64,000 nucleotides of DNA from Eledone cirrhosa (taxonomy: Eukaryota). The notes beneath the pieces are model-generated. The model saw only the letters and a program-made list of their open reading frames with translations, was not told the DNA's origin and did no database searches. Shown here in pieces: positions 1-12,244 of this stretch (position 1 is its first letter; every line of letters begins with the position of its first letter). The stretch is taken from the NCBI GenBank assembly GCA_964016885.1, contig OZ024740.1, positions 183,210,001 to 183,274,000 on the forward strand, given 5' to 3'. The position numbers and the translations under genes are program-made.

Positions 1-33
1 GATAAAGAATCTTGCTAAACAAATTCAGAAACG

Positions 34-34
34 A

Positions 35-66
<32 letters not shown>

Positions 67-74
67 AATATATG

Positions 75-112
<38 letters not shown>

Positions 113-155
113 TATATATAAATATAAATATATATATAAATATATATATAAATAT

Positions 156-186
<31 letters not shown>

Positions 187-245
187 AATATATATATAAA
201 TATATATATAAATATAAATATATATATAAATATATATATAAATAT

Positions 246-276
<31 letters not shown>

Positions 277-357
277 AATATATATATATATAAATATATA
301 TATATATAAATATATATATATATAAATATATATATAAATATATATATATATATAAAT

Positions 358-442
<85 letters not shown>

Positions 443-445
443 AAT

Positions 446-476
<31 letters not shown>

Positions 477-511
477 AATATATATATATATAAATATATA
501 TATATATAAAT

Positions 512-542
<31 letters not shown>

Positions 543-669
543 AATATATATATATATAAATATATATATATATAAATATATATATATATAAATATATATA
601 TATATAAATATATATATAAATATATATATATATAAATATATATATATATAAATATATATATATATAAAT

Positions 670-700
<31 letters not shown>

Positions 701-703
701 AAT

Positions 704-734
<31 letters not shown>

Positions 735-1532
735 AATATATATATATATAAATATATATATATATAAATATATATATATATAAATATATATATATATAAA
801 TATATATATATAAATATATATATATATAAATATATATATATATAAATATATATATATATAAATATATATAAATATATATATATATAAATATATATAAATA
901 TATATATATATAAATATATATATATATAAACATATATATATATAAATATATATATATATAAATATATATATATATAAATATATATATATAAATATATATA
1001 TATATAAATATATATATATATAAATATATATATATAAATATATATATATATAAATATAAATATATATATATAAATATATATATATAAATATATATATATA
1101 AATATATATATATAAATATATATATATAAATATATATATATATAAATATATATATATAAATATATATATATAAATATATATATATATAGAAATATATATA
1201 TATAAAAATATATATATATATAAATATATATATATAAATATATATATATAAATATATATATATAAATATATATATATAAATATATATATATAAATATATA
1301 TATATATAAAAATATATATATAAATATATATATATAAATATATATATATATAAATATATATATATATAAATATATATATATAAATATATATATATAAATA
1401 TATATATATAAATATATATATATATAAATATATATATATATAAATATATATATATATGAATATATATATATAAATATAAATATATATATATAAATATAAA
1501 TATAAATATATATATAAATATATATATATATA

Positions 1533-1596
<64 letters not shown>

Positions 1597-1610
1597 TATA
1601 TATATATAGA

Positions 1611-1641
<31 letters not shown>
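34..1641. repeat. ~1.6 kb compound microsatellite TAAA(TA)n
   Basis: Almost pure (TA)n punctuated by TAAA every 10-16 nt; produces the spurious YI-repeat ORFs. Confidence 0.98.
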
Positions 1642-1642
<1 letters not shown>

Positions 1643-3275
1643 AATTGAAATCCTACGTAGGATTTCAATTTGATTTATTTTACTGCATCTCATCGTATGT
1701 ATTTATTTTGAATGTATTATCTGTGGTGGTGGGTCTTGCCTAATCTGGTATTTCTGTGTTTAATATCAGCTTTGACCCGGGTGTCCTACGCTGTGTGTGT
1801 GTGCGTGTGTGTCTGTGTATACATTTATATGTGTATGGGTGTAGGTGGTTGTATATGTCTGTATATAAAAATATATATATATGTATACCGTCTCTGCATA
1901 TGCATGTGGTGTGTATATGTGCATATACGTGCTGAACATATTGGTGTGTATAATCTTGAGATGTCCCAATGCGGTGACTTCATGATATTGGCTCTTGAAG
2001 CTATTTTTATATATCTTTTATTTTTTATTTTTTATATATCTTTTGTATGCGCTGTTGAGTATGCATATTAACCCGCCTGACCCAACTGTGTCTGCTTACT
2101 TTCGGCTAGCCCGCCTGCACCTGCTTGCTTTCGGCCCACCTGTCTGCCTCTTGCTGCTGCACGTGAATTCTCCTACCTTCCTTCGATGTACCTCTGTTGA
2201 CCATTGGACTCCTGCCCGTGTGTGAACCGGTTTGTGATTACCCCACCGCTCAACTGTGTGAATGCACACCCGTGACTTTCGAGTGAACTTTTGAGACTGC
2301 CCAACCTGGGACGTCTCCATTGCATTGCAATGGTCAAGTGATACTGATAACTGTGAAACTTAGTGCCTTCGTGGGCCCCTGATATATTCAAGAAATATAT
2401 TCTAAAAAAATATATATCTTATCTCAATTTACTTTATTTTATTTTATTTTATTTTATTTCATTTCATTTTATTTAATTTTATTTATTTAATTTTATTTAT
2501 TTAATTATATTTATTTAATTATATCTTATATTATATTATTTCATTTTAGTTTATTTTATTTTATTTTATTTTATTTTATTTTATTTTATTTTATCTTATT
2601 TTATTATTATTATATTATTATATTATTATATTATATTATATTCTATTTTATATAATTTTAATTTTAATTTTATATTATTTTATTCTATTTTATTTCATTC
2701 CTTACCCTGTATCACTATTATCTGTATATTTTATATTTTATATGTATGTTTTTTTATATTTTCTTATATATATTATAAGTCTATTTTTTACCTATTTTTC
2801 ACCTATTTCCTATCTACTCTTACCTAATCCTATCTATCTTATCTATTCTTGTCTGTTCTCTTATCCATGTGTATGCTTGTATGTAACTATATGTTGACAG
2901 CACCCCGCACAACTGTGACTGATAGCACCCCTTATTTTTCAATTATTTTTCATTGTTTATTTTTCAAGGTTTATTTTTATTTTTATTTTTATCTTTACTT
3001 CCTCAATATCTTTTATCTTTTATTATTTTTCATTCTTTATTTCTTCAATGTCTTGGATTTGCTATTGCTTGTGTGGTATGTAATTAACCTTTTATGCTCT
3101 GATGAGTCCCACTTATAGTGCGGATGAAACAATGTTAGCAAGTTAGGATATGCATATACTATAGGCGTTCTTTGTTATTGATTATATCACGGCTCTGTCC
3201 TCAGACATCGAGCTAACCTTATACTGCCTGTTGGATAAGTGGAGTATTATACACCCCTGATCCTCTCCCTAGTAT
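1642..3275 (+). mobile_element. Probable Penelope-like (PLE) non-autonomous remnant between two (TA)n tracts
   Basis: Bounded by (TA)n on both sides, starts with a 30-bp palindrome, contains a (TTTTA)n tract and a minimal hammerhead motif about 135 nt before the right (TA)n; no recognisable RT or GIY-YIG ORF. Confidence 0.4.
3095..3140 (+). ncRNA. Minimal type I hammerhead ribozyme motif (PLE-type)
   Basis: TGCT-CTGATGA-G TCC CAC ttata GTG c GGA T-GAAA-C AAT G-T-T-AGCA: intact CUGAUGA/GAAA core, stem I TGCT/AGCA, stem II, minimal stem III, GUU triplet. Confidence 0.8.
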
Positions 3276-3316
3276 ACTATATATATATATATATATAAAT
3301 ATATATATATATAAAT

Positions 3317-3349
<33 letters not shown>

Positions 3350-3358
3350 AATATATAT

Positions 3359-6252
3359 TCAAGAATGCTGGAATTCTGTGACGCAAATAACCTAACTATC
3401 TGTAACACTAGCTTCAAAAAACGAGACAATCACATGATCACCTACAGATCAGGGGAACACACCAGCCAGATAGATTATATCCTTACCAGAAAATGTGACA
3501 GAGTGTCTGTTGTAAACACTAAATACCTCCACCATGAAGAATGCACATCCCAACATAGACTCTTAATTAGCGACCTCATAGTCAGGAAGAGACGTGCTCG
3601 ACAACAGAGGAGGACTATCCTCAGGAGTAAAATATGGAAGCTAAAGACCCCACAGCCAGCAATAAATTTAAAAGCATATTACTTGATGCTTTTGATAGTA
3701 AGGAAGAGCAATTAGAGTCGTACAATATAGAGGAACAGTGGGTATTCCTGAAAGCTAACCTGCTGAAGGCGACAGATGAAATATATGGCTGGAGCAGACG
3801 TATAGGCAGGAGGAGAGTAACGTGGTGGTGGAACAGTAAGGTGGAGGAGTCAACTAAGGCCAAAAAGCAGGCTTGGAACATATGGCGGGATGGAGGAAGT
3901 AGAGAAGACTATCAAGTGGCCAGGAGGGAAGCTAGGAGACAAGTGTACTTCGAAAGAAGGGAAGTAGAGGAAAGAAACATCAAGCATGTTTTACAACGCG
4001 AGGACCAAAAACGTGAGGTGTTCAGGATTGCTAGGCAATGTGTCAAGGAAAACCCTGATATTTTCGGGGAGAAGTGTGTCCTTAATGATGATGGTGAACT
4101 TGACATCACTGATGCTGATAAGAAGGTAGCTTGGAAGTGTCACTACGAAAGGCAACTAAAGATGAGAATAAATGGCAGAAAGACAGTCTCCCACACATCG
4201 ATACAATAGAGGGACCAGCAGTGCAAGTTGAAGGTAGTATAATAAGTAAGGCGATCAAAGACATGAAGACGGGCAAGGCGGCTGGGCCTTGGGAAATAGT
4301 TGCTGAAATGCTGAAAGCATCTGGAACGGTGGGACATACTATGGTCACCCGGATAGTTAACCAAGTCATACAGAATGGGCTCGTTCCGAAGGACTGGCGT
4401 AGCAGCATCATCATTACCTGCTACAAGGGTAAAAGAGATGCTCTAGATAGGGGAAATATAGAGGCATTAAATTAATTGACCAGGTCATGAAGGTCACATA
4501 CAAAGTAATAGCGCAACTAATCAGAGAGCGAATTGATCTAGATGAAATGCAGTTCGGGTTTGTGTCAGGTAAAAGTACCACAGACGCTCTTTTCATTGTA
4601 CGACAACTACAGTAGAACTACCTAGTTAAAGGTAAACCCCTATACTTAGCTTCTGTTGACATGGCGAAAGATTTGACAGAGTCCCATGCCCCATTATCCG
4701 GTGGGCGCTCAGAAAACTAAGTGTTGACGAGTGGCTTGTGAGAGCTATACAAGCCATGTATAAAGAAACAGTCAGCAAGGTTGGAATTAACAACGAATAG
4801 AGTGAAGAATTTAGCGTAAAAGTTGGTGTTCATCAGGGCTCCGTCCTTAGGCCCCTCCTATTTATTATTGCCCTTCAGGCTATAACAGAGGAGTTCAAGA
4901 CCGGCTGCCCATGGGAACTCTTATATGCAGATGATCTAACGCTCATAGCTGAATCAATGGCTGGACTAGAGAAGAAATTCCAAGCATGGAAGCATGGCCT
5001 AGAATCAAAAGGCCTTAAAATTAACCTGTCTCAGACTAAAGTTCTCGTTTGTAGGCACGAAAACAGGGAATTGGTCCCATCTGGGAAATGGCCATGCTCA
5101 GTGTGTAGGAGAGAAGTAGGCAGAAACTCCATTTTATGTCCCAAATGCAAAGTATGGGTGCATAAAAGATATAGTGGGATCACAGGTGAGCTAACTAAGA
5201 ATATAGATTTTATATGTGGCCGGTGCTCAGGTGCAATAAGTAGAAGCAAGTGCCAACAGAATACTAGCTCATTCCATTGCACAGATGGTTCTATAGAAAT
5301 AGTGGACACCTCCGTTACCTGGGTGACAAAATCAGCAGTGGTGGAGGGTGCTCTGTAAGTACAGTATTTAGAGTCAGAACAGGATGGAAAAAGTTCAGAA
5401 AGCTTATACCACTATTGGCCGCTAAAGGTTTCTCTCTAAAAATGAAAGGCAGGCTGTTTGATGCCTGCATACGAACAACAATGTTACATGGCAGTGAGAC
5501 TTGGGCATTGTGTGCAGAGGATATACGCAAAGCTTGCATGCTACTTTAGATGTGTAATAGTAATATACTTGAACGGCAAATTATAAATGAACTAAGGGAG
5601 AAATTAGGAATAAGAGGGATCAGATGTTTACTCGAGAGAAGACTACGTTGGTATGGTCACGTGATGCGCATGAAAGACGACAGCTGTGTAAAAAAGTGAA
5701 GGGCGATAGAAATAGACGGTAGCCACGGAGTAGACAGACCCAGAAAAACCTGGGACGACTTGATAAATTCAGACCTCACACACTTAAACCTCTCCAAGAC
5801 AATGTCACTGGACCGAGATCTTTGGCGCTACACAGTAATACAGAAGACCCGCCTTGCCTAAGTACAAAGCGAAACCCACGGTCAGTAGGCATCTCTTAAC
5901 AAAAATACACCCCGTCCCACTACACCCACCCCATCTACACCACCACTTTCGATGTAAAGTTATGTTGGTACCACAACATCCAGTCCGAAATAAATGAGGT
6001 CGTGTAGATGTCACGACAAAAAAACACACAGTCCACGCTGTAATGTGGCCATGTAGGTAAAACGGTAAAAACCTCCCAGTCCACACTGTAAACCTGGTTG
6101 GTGTTAGGAAGGGCATCCAGCCGTAGAAAACCCGCCAGACAGTCCTATACGAGCAGGACAACCAATCTTGCCTGAAGTGGGAAAATTCCCATCCAAACCC
6201 ATGCAAGCGTGGAAGATAGACGTTAAACGATGATGATGATGATGATGATGAT
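3359..6252 (+). mobile_element. RTE-clade LINE, 5'-truncated and degenerate (APE C-terminal half, RT, 3' UTR, (GAT)n tail)
   Basis: ORF pieces LEFCDANNLTICNT...TYRSG...QIDYIL...SQHR (APE), MKTGKAAGP, VGVHQGSVL, ELLYADDL, YLG, LHGSETW; stops and frameshifts; ends GACGTTAAAC(GAT)n. Confidence 0.95.
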
Positions 6253-6377
6253 ATATAAATATAAGATCACGTTAAGGGTGAAAGCAGCGATTCTTTGCTT
6301 AAACTTTAATCTGTTATTTTAATAAATATATATATATATATAAATATATATGAATATATATATATATATATATATAC

Positions 6378-6438
<61 letters not shown>

Positions 6439-6455
6439 AATATATATATATATAA

Positions 6456-9400
6456 ATTCGCTTGTTACTGTTTATTGCTTTATTTAAAACCTTCTCCTCG
6501 CTAACTACCCCATACCCCTCCCCCACTCTCCACCATTACTATTTGGACCAATCATATGTCAGCGGCCTATGCTATCACTTCTCCTGATTGCTTTTCGATA
6601 TGATGGATGGACTAAGGAATTTCGGGAGAGTCTGACGAATCTGGACACTCGGAGACAATGCCAAAGATAACGACACATTCACCTCATCCTGCCGGACGAA
6701 AGGGCAAGGACTCACCCTCTTTGTTTCGGTCGCGGATGGCCAACTTAACACCAACTCAATCACCCTCACCCCTCCCCGCGCCCCATACACTAAACGCAAT
6801 CCAAAACTTCACAGTTGGTACCATCAATGTAGGCACCTTAAAAAGCCGCTCTAACGAGGTGTAGAAATACTTGAACGTAAGGAGGTTGATGTTTGCTGTA
6901 TCCAAGAGACCAGGTGGAGGGGCGTGTTTGCTAGATTCATTGTGGGTAAAAAACGATGCTATAAGCTTTTCAGGGTTGGAAATGACAATGGGCTGGGTGG
7001 GTTGGAATCATGTTAGAAGAAAAATGGGTGGATAAGATAATAGACGTAAATAGAGTGAATGACAGAATAATTAAAATAAGACTTGTTCTAAATAGAACTA
7101 CTGTGACAGTAATATCTGCGTACGCACCCCAATCCCGACTACCTGGCGCTATAAAAGACAGATTCTATGAGACACTGATACTCACTACCTCCCAAATAAC
7201 CGACAGTGACTATATAATTATTGCTGGCGACGTAAATGGTCACGTTGGACAACATTGTGACGGCTATGACGGAATCCATGGAGGCTATGGGTTTGGTACT
7301 AGAAATGAGGAAGGCTCCAGTATCCTGGAATTCTGTGACGCAAATAACCTTACTATCTGTAACACTATCTTCAAAAAACGAGACAATCACTTCATCACCT
7401 ACAGATCAGGGGAACATTCCAGCCAGGTAGATTATATCCTTACCAGAAGACGTTACATAGTGTCTGTTGTAAACACTAAATCCCTCCCTCGTGACTGATA
7501 ATTAGCGACCTCATAGTCAGGACGAGACGTACTCGACAACAGAAGAGGACTATCCTCAGGAGAAAAATATGGAAGCTAAAGCACCCCACAACTAGTAATA
7601 CATTTAAAAGCATATTACTTGATGCTTTTGACAGTAAGGAAGAGCAATTAGAGTCGTACAATATAGAGGAACAGTGGGATCTCCTGAAAGCAAACCTGCT
7701 GATGGCGGCAAATGAAGTCTGTGGCTGGAGCAGGCCTATAGGCAGGAGGAGAGTAACGTGGTGGTAGAAGAGTAAGGTGGAGGAGTCAATTAAGGCCAAA
7801 AAGCAGGCTCGGAAAGTATGGCGGGATGGAGGAAGTAGAGAAGACTATCAAGTGGCAAGGAAGGAAGCTAGGAGACAAGTGTACTTCGCAAGAAGGGAAG
7901 CAGAGGAAAGAAAGTTCAAGCATGTTCTACAACGCGAGGACCAAAAACGTGAGGTGTTCAGGATTGCTAGGCAATGTGTCAAGGAAAACCGTGATATTGT
8001 CGGGGAGAAGTGTGTCCTTAATGATAATGGTGTACTTGCCATCACTGATGCTGATAAGAAGGTAGCTTGGAAGTGTCACTACGAAAGGCTACTAAATGAT
8101 GAGAATAAATGGGAGAAAGACAGTCTCCCCCACATCGATACAATAGAGGGACCAGCAGTGTTAGTCGAAGGTAGTATAATAAGTAAGGCAATCAAAGATA
8201 TGAAGACGTGTAAGGCGGCTGGGCCTTCGGAAATAGTTGCTGAAATGCTGAAAGCATCTGGAACGGTGGGACATATCATGGTCACCCGGATAGTAAACCA
8301 AATCATACAGAATGGGGTTGTTCCGAAGGACTGGCGTAGCAGCATCATCATTAACTGCTAGAAGGGTAAAGGAGATGCCCTAGATAGGGGTAACTATAGA
8401 GGCATTAAATTAATCCACCAGGTCATGAAGGTCACAGAAAAGGTAATAGCGCAACTAATCAGAGCGAATTGATCTAGATGAAATGCAGTTCGGGTTTGTG
8501 TCAGGTAAAAGTACCACAGACGCACTTTTCATTGTACGACAACTACAGGAGAAATACCTAGCTAAAAGTAAAGACCTATACTTAGCTTTTGGCGACTTGG
8601 AGAAAGCCTTTGACAGAGTCCCCCGTTCCATTATCTGGTTGGCTCTTAGAAAACTAGGTGTTGATGAATGGCTTGTGAGAGCTATACAAGCCATGTATAA
8701 AGAAACAGTCAGCAAGGTTGGAATTAACAACGAATACAGTGAAGAATTTAGCGTAAAAGTTGGTGTTCATCAGGGCTCCATTCTTAGCATCCTACTATTT
8801 ATTATTGCCCTTCAGGCTATAACAGTGGAGTTCAAGACCGGCTGCCCAGGGTAACTCCTATGCGCAGATGATCTAACGCTCATAGCTTAATCAATGGCTG
8901 AACTAGAGAAGAAATTCCAAACATGGAAGCTTGGCCTAGAATCAAAAGGCCTTAAAATTAACGTGTCTAAGACTAAAGTTCTAGTCTGTAGGAAGGAAAA
9001 TAGGGCACCGGGCCCATCCGGGAAATGGCCATGCTCAGTGTGTAGGAAACGAGTAGGTAGAAACTCCATTTTATGTCCCAAATGCAAAGTATGGGTGAAT
9101 AAAAGATGTAGTGGGATCACAGGTAAGCTAACTAAGAACAGATTTTATATGTGGCCGGTGCTCTGGTGCAACAAGTAGCAGCAATTGCCCACAGAATACT
9201 AGCTCATTCCATTGCACAGATGGTTCTATAGAAATAGTGGACACCTTCCTTTACTTGGGTGACAAAATCAGCAGTGGTGCAGGGTGCTCTGAAAGTACAG
9301 TAGCTAGAGTCAGAACTGGAGGGAAAAAGTTCAGAGAGCTTATACCACTATTAGCCGCTAAAGGGTTCTCTTTAACAATGAAAGGCAGGCTGTATACTTC

Positions 9401-10190
9401 CTGCATACGAACAGCAATGTTACATGGCAGTGAGACCTGGGCATTGTGTGCAGAGGATATACGCAGACTGGAGAGGAACGAAGCTTGCATGCTCCGCTGG
9501 ATGTGTAATAGTAATATACGTGAACGGCAAAGCATAAACGAACTAAGGGAAAAATTAGAAATAAGAGGGATCAGATGTTGTTTACTCAAGAGAAGACTTC
9601 GTTGGTATGGTCACGTGATGCGCATAAAAGACGACAGCTGTATAAAAAAGTGCAGGGCAATAAAAATAGACGGTAGCCACGGAGTAGGCAGACCCAGAAA
9701 AACCAGGGATGACTTGATAAATTCCGACCTCACACACTTACACCTCTCCAAGACAATGTCACTGGATGGAGATCCTTGGCGCTACACAGAAGACCCGCCT
9801 TACCTAAGTACAAAGTGAAACCTACTACAGTCAGTAGGCACCTCTAACAAAAATACACCCGTCCCACTACCCCCTAACCATCAACACCAGCCCTTTCCAT
9901 GTAAAGTTATGTTGGTACCACAACATCCAGTCCGAAACAAATGAGGTCGTGTAGGTATCAGGACAAAAAAAACACACAGACCATGCTGTAATGAGGCCGT
10001 TTAGGTAACACGGAAAAAACCTCGCAGTCCACACTGTAAACGTGGTTGGTGTTAGGAAGGGCATCCAGCCGTAGAAAACCCGCCAGTCAGCCCTATGTGA
10101 GCAAGACAACCACTCTTGCCTCAAGTGGGAAAACTCCCGTCCAAACCCATGCAAGCATTGACGAGGGACGTTAAACGATGATGATGATGA
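6456..10190 (+). mobile_element. RTE-clade LINE, near full length, single APE-RT ORF disrupted by stops and frameshifts
   Basis: GTINVGTL...CIQET (APE N-terminus), ISAYAPQ, AGDVNGHVG, QFGFVSGKST, DLEKAFDRVP, HQGSILS, YLG, LHGSETW, LRWYGHVMR, GRPRKT; (GAT)n tail; a ~23-nt deletion near 7495 removes the APE SQH motif. Confidence 0.95.
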
Positions 10191-10197
10191 TATATAT

Positions 10198-10248
<51 letters not shown>

Positions 10249-10407
10249 TAAATATATATGTATGTGTAAATGAAGTAATTCCGTCGGAAAGGTCCAGGAA
10301 AAAAGAGTGCTCTATGTAGGTTACAGAGCTTATTATTACATAACTATATATATATATATATAGTGACAAAACATATGTCAATTGCATGAACTCATAATCC
10401 TTTATTT

Positions 10408-10463
10408 ACTGCTATATATATTTCTATGATAGCCATTGAGTTGCTATGACCTCATCAGGCAAT
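10408..10463 (-). ncRNA. Degenerate minimal hammerhead ribozyme motif (PLE-type)
   Basis: Minus strand ATTGC-CTGATGA-ggtcATAGCaactcaatgGCTATcata-GAAA-TATATA-T-A-GCAGT; stem I ATTGC/GCAGT and palindromic loop III present; base of stem II imperfect. Confidence 0.6.
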
Positions 10464-10522
10464 TAATCAGTTCTTAGATATGCCAGCTCTGTGTTTATAG
10501 TGTTGATGGTATCAGAGCCTTG

Positions 10523-10564
<42 letters not shown>

Positions 10565-10634
10565 TAAAATAACAGATTAAAGTTTAAGCAAAGAATCGCT
10601 GCTTTCACCTTTTAGTCTTCGAATTTATTATTAT

Positions 10635-10676
<42 letters not shown>

Positions 10677-10677
<1 letters not shown>

Positions 10678-11750
10678 CATCATCATCATCATCAACGTTT
10701 AACGTCCGTGTTCCACGCTTGCATGGGTTTGGACGGGGGTTTTCCCACTTGAGGCAAGAGTGATTGTCTTGCTCGCATAGGACTGTCTGGCGGGTTTTCT
10801 ACAGCTGGATGCCCTTCCTAACACCAACCACATTTACAGTGTGGGGCTGGGAGGTTTTTACCGTGTTGCCTACACGGCCACATTACAGCGTGGACTGTGT
10901 GTTTTTTGTCGTGACACCTACACGATCTCATTTGTTTCGGCCTGAATGTTGTGGCACCAACATAACTTTACATTGAAAGGGGCGGTGTGGATGGGGTGGG
11001 GGTGGTGGGACGGGGGTGTGTTTTGTTAGAGATGCCTACTGACTGTAGTAGGTTTTACTTTGTATTTAGGTAAGGCGGGTCTTCTCTATTACTGAGTACC
11101 GCCAAAGGTCTCGGTCCAGTGACATTGTCTTGGAGAGGTGTAAGCGTGTCAGGTTGGAATTTATCATGTCGTCCCAGGTTTTTCTGGGTCTGCCTACTCC
11201 GTGGCTACCGTCTATCTTTATTGCCCTGCACTTTGTTATACAGCTGTCATCTTTCATGCGTATCCCGTGACCATACCACCGTAGCCTTCTCTCAAGTAAA
11301 CATCATCTGATCCCTCTTATTTCTAATTTTTCCCTTAGTTCGTTTATGCTTTGCCGTTCGCGTATATTACTATTACACATCCAGCGGAGCATGCAAGCTT
11401 CGTTCCTCTCTAGTCTGCCTATATCCTCTGCACACAATGCCCAGGTCTCACTGCCATGCAACATTGCTGTTCGTATGCAGGCATCATACACCCTGCCTTT
11501 CACTTTTAGGGAGAACCCTTTAGTGGCTAATAGTGGTATAAACTCTCTGAACTTTTTCCATCCATTTCCGACTCTAGCTACTGTACTTTCAGAGCACCCT
11601 GCCCCACTGCTGATTTTGTCACCCAGGTAACGGAAGCTGTCCATTATTTTTATAGAACCCTCTGCGTAATTGAAAGAGCTAGTATTCTGTGGGCACTTGC
11701 TGCTACTTATTGCACCAGAGCACCGGCCACATGTAAAATCTATGTTCTTA
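10677..11750 (-). mobile_element. RTE-clade LINE 3' fragment (same family as 3359 and 6456 copies)
   Basis: FRYLGDKISSGAGCSE...LHGSETW...GRPRKTW on minus strand, same 3' UTR and (GAT)n tail; 5' end truncated inside the zinc finger at a (TA)n tract. Confidence 0.95.
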
Positions 11751-11787
11751 TATATAAATATATATATATAAATATATATATATATAA

Positions 11788-11830
<43 letters not shown>

Positions 11831-12055
11831 TCATCATCATCATCATCACCGTTTTACGTTCGTTCTTCCTCGCTAGCATGGGTTAGACGGGTTGTGCTGT
11901 TGTGGGCAGTGTCCGGTCAGATGACCTTGTCTTGCTAATACGGGAACTGATTCTGGCTTGATTTCTACAGCTGGATGCCCTTGTTAACATCAACCTCATT
12001 TACAGTGTGTGCTGGGTGTTTATTTTCCGTGGCGCCTACACGTCCACTTTACAGT
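11831..12055 (-). mobile_element. RTE-related 3' UTR fragment, second subfamily
   Basis: Reverse complement matches 62491-62717 (gtggacgtgtaggcgccacgg...gggcatccagctgtagaaatcaagccagaatcagttc); (GAT)n tail. Confidence 0.8.
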
Positions 12056-12244
12056 TCAAGATTTCTCTGATCCACCTGTAATACAGGAAATGGAACAAAT
12101 AGCTGAAGTTGATGGAAATCAAGAACCAAATTCACCTGCTTCAGCAAATATTAAGCTTACCACAGTTCCCTTCATAAGGGAAAATAGAAAATGCTCAGGG
12201 CTGCAATGTCAGACCATTCATCAGCTTGATGAACACCAACAAGT

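Noticed and set aside
25-1668. 547-aa ORF and the many other YI/CV/HT/LS-repeat ORFs across the window
   Set aside because: These are translations of (TA)n, (TG)n, (CA)n and (CT)n microsatellites that lack stop codons; not genes
6000-6130. Twister ribozyme upstream of the GGTTGGTGTTAGGAAGGGCATCC motif
   Set aside because: The twister core (UAA...GCCGGUCCCAAGCCCGG) is not present
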